A program made the position numbers and the translations under genes. 64,000 nucleotides of DNA from the human T2T-CHM13v2.0 reference genome, Homo sapiens, in NCBI RefSeq assembly GCF_009914755.1, contig NC_060942.1, one strand, 5' to 3'. The notes below the pieces were generated by a model. That model ran no database searches, was not told the DNA's origin, and saw only the letters and a list, made by a program, of their open reading frames with translations. Shown one piece after another: positions 27,397 through 46,765 of this stretch (positions are counted from its first letter, which is position 1; each line of letters starts with the position of its first letter).

Positions 27397-29374
27397 TAGT
27401 GAATCTTAAGTGTGACCTCATAAAATAGAATAAATGCCCATCCATAAGACTAAAATTTCTTGTGTTTTTCTCCTTCTGAGTTTAAAATGGCACTGGATGA
27501 CAAATGGAAAGCTTGATGCTGCTCTTAATGTGCCGCTAGGCATTCCGGGGATTTCAAAGCCAGTGGACGGGAGGTGGCCTCTGCCAGTGTCTGTCTGGTG
27601 TCTGTCTGTGTCACTGTGGTGCTGCCTGGGCCACAGACCTAGGCAGGACCCTGGGTGATGGAGCTCCTGTCTGGTGGGTGTGTGTGGGCAGTGCTGTTCC
27701 TGTCCACGTTAGAAAAGCCCTCTTACTTTACACTGAGTCATGCTCCCTCTCCACCACGGACCGCAGTCCCCTTCCCTAGTGACTCGCTGTCCCCTTCCTT
27801 TGTTGCGCAGCTTTCTGGCTTTAAATGAGGAGAGCTTAAGAATGGATGGGGAGCTCAGCACTCACAGTAACTGTTGGTGAACTCAGGGCCTGCTACGTCT
27901 GGAACACATCAAGCCATTTAGTGGGTGAGGTCATTCACTGTTTTTAAATGCTGCTGCAGCTCTTATTTCTCATGAAGCCCTTTATACCTATTAAATACTT
28001 CATAGTATTGATTAACTTAGCTGCTGCTCCTCTCTGTCATGGCACCTTTTGCTCATGTGGACTTTATGGTGCAGAAACACGAATCGATTGTCGTAATGAA
28101 CAACACCCCTCTGAAGTGGCCACGGCGGGTATGATTCGTCCCAGTTCACGGGCGAGTAACAGAGGTGCGCAGTGGCGGGGCAGCTGGCCCAGGTCGTGCA
28201 GCTGCTGTGCGTGAGCCAGCTCGCTCCTGAGTTTCCTTTTGTTTGACAGCATTTTGTTTACAGACACCACACCAATCCTTGGTCTTGGATACATCAGAAA
28301 AGTTGGAGTTCTAGAGGTGGGTGGAGGCAGGACTTGTACCCTCTCCCTGCAGCAAAGACAAATTCATTAAGCATTTGGAACACTTGTTAAGTTCAGTTTG
28401 TCTCTCTCTAAAAGTTATCACTAGATGACTCTCTCATTTTTGTGTGTGCGTGTTTTAGATTTGCCTGTAACTTACGACCAGGGATACTGGCTTTCTATTT
28501 ATGGTAGTAATAGCAGTTCTCCTTTTAAATAAACTTATTTTCAGCCAAAAGAGTGATTAGGTCTATCAAAAAATGATAAGGAAATAAACAGTACAGATCG
28601 TCTATATTTATGGCAAAAACCATGAAAAGGGCATTCCAGGGGCTGAATTTTGGAAACCCCGCATGAGATGACCTTTGAGGTCAATATTTCCGGGAACAGT
28701 TGCCTCATAGCTCTGAGACTTACGATTTAAAGCTCAGGTCATGAGACATTACTTGAGGCCACTATGTCTCATTTCTATTATAATTTTTATAATAAATGAT
28801 TCCTTGACTGATATACCCAAGGGAAGAAAGGATGAAAAACCAAAACCAAAAAACTATGTGTGGCCTATTCACAGAGTATAAAAAATTATGTTTTGAGTTG
28901 AAAACAGTGTTGTCTGCATTGTTGCAGGAATCATAGTTGACTCCATCCTGAGATTTCAACTTTAGGATGAGATAACATATTTTATTGCATATCTGATCAT
29001 AAGATCTTCTGTAGTTTTATACATCGTTTCTGTTTACAAGAGAGAATGCTGCGCCTCTGAGGGAAAAGAATCATTCGCAAGTCTTTTAGCTGCATCTCTG
29101 ACTTGGCGAATCCTGCTTTCAAGATTGCATTAGTCGTATTAGGTGACTGACACTGTGAAGTCCTGTGTTGACGTAATCTGTTGCCTTTTCTTTATTTTTA
29201 CGTTTCCGCTGCCTCTCATCTAGGAAGGAGCCTTATGAATGAACACATTGAAAAGTCATCCTTTAATTGAGGGAAGAGACTACTTTTAACCCTGTCTGAG
29301 CCTGCTGCTCTCCCCCTGGGACTGCAGTGACCAGTGCTCTCAAACTGCTTGGCATAATTCCTTATGGAAGAGTG

Positions 29375-29458
29375 AATCCCCTCTGATAGAGGGTAATCCT
29401 GACTTTGTTTGAATTCTTCCAGTAACAGAGAGCTCAGCCTGTAAGAAGGTGGCCCAAG
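29375..29458 (-). mobile_element. L3/CR1 or MIR3 fragment
   Basis: Reverse complement GCTGAGCTCTCTGTTACTGGAAGAATTCAAACAAAGTCAGGATTACC resembles the CR1/MIR3 3' region. Confidence 0.45.
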
Positions 29459-30442
29459 TTGCTTTCTGGACACTTGTAGTTTTAGAAGCATCTTCTGTCC
29501 TGTGACGGTGAGGAAGGTCACTGCAGTCCCCAACAGTGAGGCTCAGCACAGGCTGTGGGAATCCCGCTGCCAGGTGCAATGGCAGGGTGGAGCCGGGGAG
29601 CAATGGGGCAACTCTACGTTTGAGTAACGTGTGACGTGTTGACCTCATTGTTCCCTGAGTGTCACAAATGCCCATGGCATCTGGTAGACCGTGTTCAAGT
29701 TTAATTCAGGAGTTCAAAGCCTAACAGGATTGTTGTCATTCCCTCCCAGTGGGACCCTCCAGAAGGTGGCTCCTCTCCGTGACTGGACATAACAAGCCAC
29801 GCCTGTGTCTGCAGGTGGGGAAAAGTAAATTGGAGGCCAGGCATGAATGCACTGTTTCAGTGAGCCCTAGTGAGTTCAGTGTGGAGAGCGTAGTTGGAGA
29901 TACTTGGTTTTGCAGCTCCCCCGCCCTCTTGTGTTGATGAAGGCAGCAAGCAGAGGTGGTTAACTTCGGCCCGAGCATGCTGCAGGACTCCGAGAGACTG
30001 GCTCCCTGGGTCTTCTCTGGCCCAGCAGACAGGCTGCCTGCTGCAGACAGGCCGGTCTCCTGCCCCTACCCGCCGTCTGCACACTCAGCCCTGCATCTCC
30101 CCCAGAGGCCTATGCGCGGTTTGGCTGCCCGGCCAGGTTCCTCCTGAACGTTATGAGTCTGTGATTTCAGATGTAGCTGCAAACGTTTCCAAAGCCTATC
30201 TCTGGGCCTATCGCCGTGTGATGTTTTAAAACCATAGTTTATTTGGCTTTTTGTGGCTATTTAATTCTCTTCGGGACTCATTCATCTCCCTCAAATTTTA
30301 AGTGGTTGTTTACAGCTCTGAATTATTTTCTTTGTGTCCTCTTGTTTCTAGTCTTTCCCATTCAATTTTACAGCTATCAGGTTTGGATAATTAGAATGGA
30401 GATTCTTCTTCCAAAAATAAGGTATTAAGAATAAACACACAA

Positions 30443-30788
<346 letters not shown>

Positions 30789-31096
30789 AAGAATAAACAC
30801 ACAGACTTAAAAATCTTTATTTGTGCAGAAAGCAATTGAAAGCCAGAATAATTATATTTAGAATTTTTTTTTTACAAAAAACTAGCAATGCTTGTTCTTT
30901 TTATTGAAACACAGAAAATATTAATTCACAGCATAGAAAACTTTATCCTAAGAAAAAAAATCTAGTGGTGATCTCATCAGAGTCTATGTTGTATTGCGAC
31001 ACACTTAACATAATTTGAAAATTACTTCTTTGTGAAAAATTGTCTACATTATCCCTTCTTAATTTTTTTATGTAAGGACTTTTACTTCACAGCTGA

Positions 31097-31790
<694 letters not shown>

Positions 31791-32085
31791 ATATTTCTCA
31801 CTTTTTTGTACTCGGCTGTACCCCTTACAGATGGATAATGTAAATTTGTGTCACACAAACGCTTTGACTCAATTTTCTTTTTCTTCACAAATAGTTACAA
31901 AATTGGTAGCAGCATCTCTCTGGATTTCTACTTTTATGAAGCTTGCTCAGGGAGAAGCAGGTGGGAAGAGGAGTAGTAGAAAGAAAACCACGTCCTTCTC
32001 ACTCCACAGAAAAAGCTTTTGTTTTTTAGAAATTTGCCTTTTAAAAGATAGGTCTTTATCCATTTCACTTTTCTGCATACATTTC

Positions 32086-32165
32086 TTTTTGTAGACACAG
32101 GATCTTGCTTTGTGCCTTGGCCTCCCAAGTAGCTGGAGCTATGGGCGCCGCCACTGCGCCTGGCT
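32086..32165 (-). mobile_element. Internally deleted Alu remnant
   Basis: TTTTTGTAGACACAGGATCTTGCTTTGT joined to GCCTTGGCCTCCCAAGTAGCTGG...CCACTGCGCCTGGCT. Confidence 0.7.
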
Positions 32166-32382
32166 GCAGCATGTCACGCATTTGCTTTCACCAGGGATGC
32201 CCCTTTTTATCCTCAGTTCCTGAAAGTGAGCTCTCGTGCTGTGAAAATGGCAGGACTGGTAATTAGGAGAGGGCTGGATGTGGGAAAAGGAATGAGGATA
32301 GTTTTTGCGTCCTGAGCTGGAAATAGCAAATGTGTTCACATTCTTTGCTCTTTTCTTGCTTCCAAGTCAGGTCCTTATTTGA

Positions 32383-32530
32383 CAGGGCCGTGACTCAAGT
32401 GAGGTGCCACGTTTAAGGAGGCGCCAAACTCCAAACAAAACAAAACACCCCTCAGTAACTGAGTTAAATAATACTTTAATGTAATATTAAAAGTATGGAA
32501 ATTATGACAGATGTGCGTGATGAACAAAGT
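32383..32530 (+). mobile_element. MER96B-like hAT DNA transposon fragment
   Basis: CAGGGCCG...TTTAAGGAGGCGCCAAA...CTCAGTAA...AAATAATACTTTAATGTAATATT...GATGAACAAA. Confidence 0.6.
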
Positions 32531-32711
32531 ATTCAGCATATGGGACTGTGACTATTGTTCAATATATATAAGGTATAAGGATTTCCAGTGAATACTCTGA
32601 AATGTTTGGTTAATCTATTCATATTGGTATTTTTCCTTGGTGAACATTTGTAATAAAGAAGGAAATAAGTTCAGAGAAGGATATAATCTTCAAAAAGTCA
32701 TCAGAGTTATC

Positions 32712-34133
<1,422 letters not shown>

Positions 34134-34614
34134 TTTTGAAGTGACACTTGCAGTCGTGGCTATGGACTTCTCAGGGAGGCCAACAGCAGAGCTTTGATCC
34201 CTCAAGGAAGACGCAGAGTAGGATTTCAAGAGGTGGAGATGCAGAGTGCACTAAGCCTTTGAGACGGCTCCAACCAGAGTTCTGCCCAGTCCACTCCCTT
34301 GGTGGAAAACCAGCTCCCAGACCCACCTGGCACCACACACACCTCCCCTCGCTGCCCGGCCTGACTCCATGACTTGCAGTCCGCCCACCCCCTTTAAAGG
34401 GAGTTTTGGGGCCACTCCCTCTCCTTGCTTCCTGTGGACTCCTCAGCTGCTCAGTGCCTCCTCTACTCTCCCTCTCCGCGTGGGCAACGCTGAAGGCCCT
34501 TTCCAGGCCGATCCCGGCACTCAGCTTCGCTGCGCACCCGCCCGTCTCGGAACTGCTGAGTACTCTGGAGCCAACCCCAGTTTCCTCATCTGTAATGTGG
34601 GGATGGCAATATAA

Positions 34615-34933
<319 letters not shown>

Positions 34934-34965
34934 GGCAATATAAATTTTATATGGTGACATGTGGC

Positions 34966-35777
<812 letters not shown>

Positions 35778-36269
35778 TGGTTAAATGAGACCAAGTGCTT
35801 ACTGAAGTGTAAAATAGCAGGTGCTGACAGGAAAGGCAGACATCTTTTTCTTCTCATTGTCACTGTTACCATCATCAATACGCTACTTCCTTGGCATCTG
35901 GGTCTCCCTTTGCTTTGGGAACCCTCCTCTTGTGCTTTCCTAGAAGTCAGTGTCTTGTCCTGGGCTGTTGCTTTTCTGCTTGACTCCCTCTGTGGGCCGT
36001 GGACTCTGCGGCAGAGTCCTATCTGCAGGGCTTCTGCATGGTTATCCATTGTCTTCTGAAGAAATGATGATGTTAGTGATGGAGCCACTTTGGTTAGCGT
36101 TTTGTTAAGTATGAACTTGTGAATCCTTCCCACAGCTGTGCAATATTATTACCTCCAGGGCACAGCATCTGGACTTTAATTGATGATGAGTGTATGTGGC
36201 CCCAAGGGACATGGGGCCTCGAAATTAAGGAAGGAGCTGGAAGTAGTGGACAAGCAGCAGCACCACCAC

Positions 36270-36620
36270 GTGGAAAGGTGAAAAGTTGGATAAGGACTGG
36301 CTGAGAAAATGCCATCAGAATAGCAAGAGGGGGTCATTGTTGAAGAGCACAGCTTCAGGCAAGTCTTTGAAATCAAAGCCAGATTTCAAGGAAGTCGGAA
36401 GGAGCAGATGGAGAGGAAGTGGAGAGATTTCCATATGGTGCGTGTATTTTTTTTTTTAATTAAGGATTTTGGTGTTAAATGGAAGTGGTACTTGATGGCC
36501 TAGCAGGATGAAACAAAGTTTGTTTCTAAAGATAGAGGGACATGGGCTCACTTTTAAAGAGAAAGAAAGTAGGTGGCCATTGAGTTATGAGAGGTTGAGA
36601 AGCCGGAGATGGTGGGCCCA
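36270..36620 (-). mobile_element. L2 internal fragment
   Basis: GATAAGGACTG...GGTCATTG...AAGCCAGATT...GAGGAAGTGGAGA follows the antisense L2 pattern. Confidence 0.5.
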
Positions 36621-36753
36621 GAGACCCACAGAGCAGGCTCTTTGAGAGCAGCAGGTCTTCCTGCTCAGGGCCTTGCTGGTGCTGTCACGAGCCATATCCC
36701 CTGGCCTCCTGCTTTGCTTCTGGGCTGTCATCAATCTGTTTTGTGGTGTTCTC

Positions 36754-37445
36754 TGAGAAATGAAATTAAATCCTAAGCTCCCAGCCAAATGAATGGACCC
36801 CCTCTTGGCCAAGGGGCACCCAAAGAAACCTTAGAACTGAGTCCTGGCTGTGACAGGAGGGGAAACACGCCTCATGAGACCCCCACCTCGCTGACCACCA
36901 TCAGGCTCTCCTCCCTGCGGGCTAGAAGCTCCATACTCATTTCAGCAACGGCCTGATGCTGTCCCTCCCTTTTGTGGTTTTGACCAAACAACTAACCAGC
37001 ATTCTCTTCCTGATACAAAGCCGCTGACCTTGGAGTGGTTCTGGTGAGTCTACAGAGGAGGCTCAGTGAGGGTTCTTGTGTCCTCTGCTTCACCTTTTGA
37101 TGTCACATGGCTAAAAACTCCATCCTTGGATCATGCTCATGCCACCATTTTTTAAACATGGGTCCCACAGACAGAGAGGCATGAAGCTCAGTGTGCATGT
37201 GCCTGTTTCTCCTTTCATAAATATTCATGACTCCTCCTAGAGCTCATTGAATATGCATATTTGGCAGCCCCATTCAGCATAAATCCCTGTCTTATTCTTC
37301 CCACCCTTGAAGTGCCTGTTTCTGGCTTCTGGCCGGAGGCTACACTTCCCAGCCTGTCAGAAGAGCCACCTGCAGGCTGCAGCCCTTTCTGAGAAATAAT
37401 GCCCTCCTTTCCAAATGCATGAACCTCATCATTCTTCAGCTGATA
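36754..37445 (+). mobile_element. ERV1 solo LTR (MER39/MER34-like)
   Basis: TGAGAAATGAAATTAAATCCTAAGC...TGAATGGACCCCCTCTTGGCCAAGGGG...; internal TTCATAAATATTCATGACTCCTCCTA; ends CATCATTCTTCAGCTGATA. Confidence 0.78.
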
Positions 37446-38807
37446 TGTCCTTATCCCATGTAGAAGGAAGGATCTTAGTGTTTATTGAGCGTCAACTTTG
37501 TATAAGGCTCTGGGCTATCTTATATGATTGTCACAATAATTTTAGAATATATTAATGTGTTCATTTATACCTTTAATTTTTAAAATTTGCGTTTTTAGTC
37601 AAGCAGCTCAAAAAACATATAAAAAGATGTTTATTGAAAAGTTTCCCTCCTATGCCTATTCTCCATCCATCCAGTTCTCCCACTTCCCAATATTTAGTTG
37701 TTTTTATTATTTTCTTGTGGACACATTCCAAAATTTTAAGCATATAAAATAAACATAAAAATATTATTTATCTTTTATGTATAAGTTGTGGAGTCTATAT
37801 ACACTGTTTTACACCTTGCTTTGTTTCACTTAAAGTTTACCTTGGAAATCCTCACATATCAGTTCACAGAGAGCAGCCTCATTCTGTTTTACAGTTGCAT
37901 AGTTTTGACTGGATTGAATGGATACACCAGATTTTTTAACCCTGTGTTGTATAAATAGATGTTTGAGTAGTTTGCAGTCATTATATATTATGTACACATA
38001 TTTTCCCACATGTGAAAATGCATTTGTAGGATACATTCCCAGAAGTGAAGTTGCTGGGTTAAGGGTATATTTATTTGCAGTTTTGAGTGATTATTACTGA
38101 GGCCCATCTTTAGGCTTGCACCAGTTCACACAATCATCAGCAACATACTAGAGGCCTGTTTCTCTGCATCTTTGCCAACAGAGCATGTTATCAGTTTTTT
38201 AAAGGTTTCTGTCAGCCTACTAGGAAAAAAAGTAATAGAGTTATTTTAATTTGCATTTATTTTTATTATGAGTGAGGTTGTCTTTCCACAGGTTTATGAG
38301 CTGTTTGTATTTCATTTTCTTTTACTGTCTGGTCTTATTCCTTTCCTCTTTTCTGGCCAGATCATTGGTCATCTTGTAGATGATGTGGTCAAATCTATCA
38401 GTCTTTCCTTTTGTGACTTCTGCATTTACAGTTACAGTTAGGGAGCATCTTTCAAAATTATAAAGGAATTCTTCCAGGTATTCTATTACTTTTAGAAAGT
38501 CATTTTTTTCAAACAAGACAAAATACCCAAATCGTTTATCTTTGAAATTTATCCTGCTGTGGTATGAGTTACGGATCCAATTTTCTCCCCTAAATGTTAC
38601 CAATTCCAATATCATTTATTGCCTAATCTGTCTTTTACTCACTGATTTGAAATGCTGCCTTTACCATACACTGAATTTCTGTTTGCATTTGGGTCTAGTT
38701 TTAGATTCATTATTCTGATTAATTGGCCTGACTTCTTGTTATTTTAACCATTATTCTTTTAATTAGTCTATTAATTTTTGAGGCTTTCTACATGTATCCT
38801 TATCTGA

Positions 38808-39128
<321 letters not shown>

Positions 39129-39472
39129 TCCCCTCCAGTTTTTTTAGTACTACTTTTTTGTTAATTTTTCCACTTTAGCTTTATAATCAAGCTTGTCTAG
39201 TTTTCAAAAATGTGGTATTTTTTATTGTGATCATAATACATTATACATTTCAGAGAGTTGGCATCTTCAGGGTGTTGAGTCTTCCTGTCCTAATCCTCGT
39301 GTATCTTCTGTTTCTTCAAGTCTTCTTTTGTGTCTGTTGTTTCTGTAGTTGTCTTCAGAAAACTTTATTAATCTTATTGGTGGTTATTCCTGGAAACCTA
39401 ATCTTTTTTATTGCTACCGTAAATAGGATCTGATTATTTGTAGCCTACAGCAATTATTTGCAAATAGCTATC

Positions 39473-40284
39473 TGTGATATTATAAAATATGTGTTTGGTC
39501 TTCGACCCCTTTTCCTGACATACAACTCTAAAAATCCTTAGAATCTCCACAGTGATGTCTTTTGTATTTTAATGACCGACTGATGGGTGGCAGCCCGTAG
39601 ATAGCTCCAAGATGGGGCTGGTCACCAGAAAGACCAAGGCATTACTAGAAGATTGGAACCTTCAGCCCACCCCCACCCTCCAGGGAGGGGAGAACAGGTG
39701 AAGGTTAAGTTGATCACCAGTGGCCAATGATGTAATCAATTATGACCATATAATGAAGTTTCCATAAAAACCCAAAGGACTGGGGTCCAAGAGCTTCTGG
39801 ATAGCTAAACACATGGAGGTTCCTGGAGGGCTGCACCCCTGGGGAGGGCATGGAAGCTCCATGTTTCTTCCCCCATACCTATGCATCTCTTCATCTGTAT
39901 CCTTCCTAATAAATGCTGTATAATAAAGCAGTAAAGGTAAATAAGTGTTTCCTTGAGTTCTGTAAGCTGCTCTAGCTAGTTAAACCCAAGAAGGGGGATG
40001 TGGGAATCCCGATTTATAGCTTGTCAGCCAGAAGGACAGGTCACAAGTTGAGGGCAGTCTTGGGGACTGAGCCAACAACCTGTGTGATCTGATGCTGTCT
40101 CCAGGTAGGGAGTGTCAGAACTGAGTTGAATTGGAGGACAGTTCACCCAGGGGGTGTCCATGCAGAACTACTTGCTTGGTTGGTGTGTGGGGAAGCCCCC
40201 TCCCCACATTTGCTCTCAGAAGACTTCTGTGTTGATTGTTGTGTTGTGAGAGCAGAGGAAAAGTTTGAGTATTTTTCCACACCA
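39473..40284 (+). mobile_element. MER21-family solo LTR
   Basis: TGTGATATTATAAAATATGTGTTTGGTCTTCGACCCC...GATGGGGCTGGTCACCAGAAAGACCAAGGC...TGGCCAATGATGTAATCAAT; ~810 bp. Confidence 0.85.
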
Positions 40285-40741
40285 TGATGTTAAAAGAAAA
40301 AGAAAGAAAAAGAAAAAAGAGAAAATAAGCCCTCCAGTTTCTTTCTGTAACTGTTATCTGACCACATTAATTAGTACCTCCAGTGCAGCGTTAAAATACG
40401 GTGGTGATGGAAGTATTCATGTTTTCTTCCGAGTTTTGCATCTGGTGTTTATTAAACATGATCAGTGTAACTAATTTTGATAATAAATTTCTAATGTTGA
40501 ACTATGTTTTCATTTCCTAAATAAACTGCACTTGATTATGTTTTGCCCTTAATGTTGGATTAATCTTGCAATGCTTTATGATTTTTCTACTGACTATAAC
40601 CATGAACAGTATACTTTTTGTTTGCTCTGTTAGGCTTTAATATCAGTGTCATTTGTACTTCTTGTAACAACTTGGAGGTTTCTCTGTTTCTCTTTTCTAG
40701 AGAAGTATAAGTATCTTCGGAATTTTCTTTTATTAAAATAA

Positions 40742-40872
40742 TTTTTATTTAGAGCCAAGATCTTGCTCTCTTGCCCAGACTGGTCTTGAACTCCTGGGCT
40801 CAAGTGATCTTCCTGCCTCAGCCTCCCAAGTAGCTGGGACTTCAGGTGTGTGCCATGGCACCTGCCAGATGG
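40742..40872 (-). mobile_element. Alu monomer (FLAM-like)
   Basis: TTGCCCAGACTGGTCTTGAACTCCTGGGCTCAAGTGATCTTCCTGCCTCAGCCTCCCAAGTAGCTGGGAC. Confidence 0.82.
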
Positions 40873-41109
40873 CTTTAGAATTGTAAGTGGTAGTTGACTT
40901 CTCCAGAGAAACTGTCTTAGCGCTCTTTGCAGGGGGTGGGTAGCCTTTGATAATCTTCTCTATTTCTTCCTGTGGAATTGAGTTCAAATAGCTTGGTACA
41001 ACAAGTTTTGGTAAATTATACGTTCTTAGAAACTTCATTTTATTCAGAATTTAAAATTTATTTGTAGCAAGGTGAGCAAAACACAAAACATTCTTTTTTG
41101 GGTTGAATT

Positions 41110-43760
<2,651 letters not shown>

Positions 43761-45900
43761 GTTGAATTTTATGTCATAGCTTTATCTGAAAAGTTTTTAA
43801 TTGATAAACTTAGCTCATTTACATTATTGATATGACAATTATGTTTTATCTAAGTTATGTCACATTTTATATTTTCTGTCTTGTAGTTTTCAAGTCTTTT
43901 TCATTATGTGACTTATTATGCTTTCATGTTTTGTCTGAGTTCTGTCATGTTTTCTGTTTTTATAGTTTTTAAAGTGGTTTCTTATTGGGCCTATTTTAAG
44001 TTGGTAAGTTGATGTTTTTGATATTTGTATTTTTCCTAATAGTAACCTTTTTGATTATAACTTTAGGGAATGTCTTCACTCCTCTGGTTCGTTAGAGGGA
44101 AGCTTCTACCATGAGCATTGGTGTCGAGCACATGTTCTCTTCCTTCCTATCCCCTCACTACACGCCCTTACTTGTTATTAGTCAGTTTATTAGTATTTAC
44201 TGTCATACTGTTAGATATCTTCATATGTATATTACTTTTTTCATCACATTTGAATGATACCTGTTGATTCTCAGCCACTAGGGATAAGGCAGTCAGTGAC
44301 ATTACCCTGTCTCCCACCATCTTTTACTACTCTCCCCCAACACTACAATTTTTGCTGGTTGTATGATTTTTACATTGTCACTAGTTATTACATTTAGATT
44401 TGGTTGACCACTTTAATCATCACATTTGTTTTAATCTTAGTTCTATAGTTAAATGAATTCAATTGCCAGTTCTTTTGCTTTTATTTTCCTGATTGTCTCT
44501 TGGATTCATTGGGTCAGGAATTCCGGAATGCCTGTGTGTTCAAAACTGTTAGTCAGTGGTCTTTTTGCTTGAAGGAATGCCTGGCTGGGTATAAATTCTT
44601 GGCTTATACTTTATTTGCTTAAGTATTTTAAGTATCTTGAAGCAGTAACATATGGATTTGTGGCATAGAGTATTACTGTGAAGAAATACGTGGCTAGTTT
44701 AATGCATTTCCTTCTTATAGATGACTTGATTTCTTTTTCTTTTTGCCTAATTACTTAGTCTGTGTAGTGTTACTATAAAGTACTACCTGAGGCTGGGTAA
44801 TTTACAAAGAGGTTTATTTGGCTTACAGTTCTACAGGCTGTACAAGAAGCATGGTGTCAGCATCTGCTTCTGGTGAGGGCCCCAGAAAGCTTCCACTCAT
44901 GGCTGAAAAGCATAGTGGAGCTGGCGTGTGCGGAGATCACACGGTGAGAGAGGAAGCAAGAGAGTGCAGGGAGGTGCCTGACTCTTTTAACAGCCGGCTC
45001 CCAGGCAGCTAACAGAGTGAGAACTCACTCACTAGGGAGGGCATTAATCTATTCATGAGATTCCAACCCGAATCAAATGTCAGCATGAGGCTCGGAGGGG
45101 TTAAATATCCAAACCATAAACATAGCCCAGAGAGTTGTTCTTTATCTTTAAAGTCAGATTTATTAAGTCCAATTTTACTAGAATATTCCTGGTTGTTGAC
45201 TGTTCTGGGTCCATTTTGGAATGGCCTGGGTGCCTTTTCAGGATGTAGATTTAAATCTCCTTGTATTTAGGACATTTTTCTTGAATAATACCTTTAAATA
45301 TTTGTTTCATTCTATTGCTTGTTTTTATTTTGTAGGAATTCTTTTTATGCATCTGTTGACTCTCATTTGTCATTCATCCAAACCTATCATTTTCCCCCAT
45401 CCTTTTTCCTTTTCTTTTACCTAAGTTTCAATTTCTAGGCTTTTCTAATCCATTCCTCTACCCCTTTCTTTGGATTCTGCAATACCTATTCTGTCTTATG
45501 CTCATTTGAAATTCATCTTCATTTCTGTGACTTTTTTCCCCTAAGTATTTCTTTTCTGATCTCTTCTAGTTCATATTCTACCTTTTCTTTTTTTCTCACT
45601 ATTTTTTCCTTGAGTTCTTATATTTGTGCTCTGTGGTGCATCCCTCCCTCTCTTCTGTCTTCCTCCCCCTCTCTCTCTTTCAAGGCGATTGCCTCATTAA
45701 GTTTTAAACAATGACAAAATTTTGGTCACAGCTTTCATCTACTCACTAGCAACATTCTAGGGAGTATTCGTCTATTAGTAAGTTTTATGGCTTTCTTTCA
45801 CTTTTTTTATAGAATAACTTTTTATTGCTTTTCCAATTCCCTTTTTATTACTCATCATTGAGTGAGCTGGGTTTTCCAAGACCAGCTTTATTCAAGAGAT
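43761..45900 (-). mobile_element. Old L1M fragment (ORF1 region), interrupted by MSTB
   Basis: T-rich antisense L1-like sequence (TTGAAGGAATGCCTGGCTGGGTATAAATTCTTGGCT). Confidence 0.5.
44751..45126 (-). mobile_element. MSTB-like MaLR solo LTR
   Basis: TACCTGAGGCTGGGTAATTTA...GGCTGTACAAGAAGCATGG...CAGCATCTGCTTCTGGTGAGGGCC...AAATATCCAAACCATA. Confidence 0.88.
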
Positions 45901-46369
45901 ACTGTGATATGGAGAAGCTTCCAGGATGGCTTTCCAGGCTTTACAACCCAGAGCCTCTCTCCATCTCTGATGCACTAGAGAGAGGGCTGTTTTCCTACAA
46001 ATGTAATCCATCTCTGAGATTTTTTAAATGGTCTTGCCTCTGATTCTTCGAAATGATATAAGTCCTGGAGGGCTTCAGTCCCATTCGCGCACTCATACTT
46101 GCAATCATGGACTACAGCCGTGTCTTTCAGGGTGTGTTCTTCACCTTCAAGCATGCTTTTGCTGATGGTGCTTGGGATCTTTCATTTCTCTGTGCTCTTT
46201 GCAGTTTCTGCCCAATCTCAGCTGCCTCTGGCAGACCTTACAGGTACTTGGAATTCTGGAGATTATACCTGTCTCCTAGTTCCATGGAAAATGGAGTTCA
46301 AAAATTCCACGAAACTTTTTTCATTGTCTTTTTGCTTTTGTTTGATATCGAGAGGAAAGGAAAAAGTTC

Positions 46370-46765
46370 TGTTTGTCCATTTTGTTACAGATAAGGAAAG
46401 TGGTTTCACAAAGGTTAAGCAACTTGTTCAGTGTTACCCAGCAAAGAGCAGAATGATTTTCAACATTCAGTTTAAAAGTCGGCGGGGGGCAGTGGCTCAC
46501 ACCTGTAATATCAGCAACTTGGGAGGCCAAGGTGGTACGGTCGCTTGAAGCCAAGGAGTTCAAGACCAGCCTGGTCAACATAGCAAAACCTTGTCTTTAC
46601 AAAAAGTAAAAAAAAAAAAAAAAAGAGTTAGCCAAGTGTGGTGGACCTGAGGCAAGAGTTTGAGGCTGCAGTTAGCTACGATTGTGCCACTGCTCTCCAG
46701 TCTGGGTGACAGCACGAGGCCATCTCTAAAAAAAAGAAAAGCTCATGCTCTTTCACTATACCATG
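46370..46765 (-). mobile_element. MIR interrupted by AluJ
   Basis: TCCATTTTGTTACAGATAAGGAAA...AGGTTAAGCAACTTGTTCA, then after the Alu GCTCATGCTCTTTCACTATACCA. Confidence 0.65.
46480..46740 (+). mobile_element. AluJ with internal deletion in the right arm
   Basis: Left arm complete; right arm jumps from GTGGTGG to GAGTTTGAGGCTGCAG. Confidence 0.88.
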
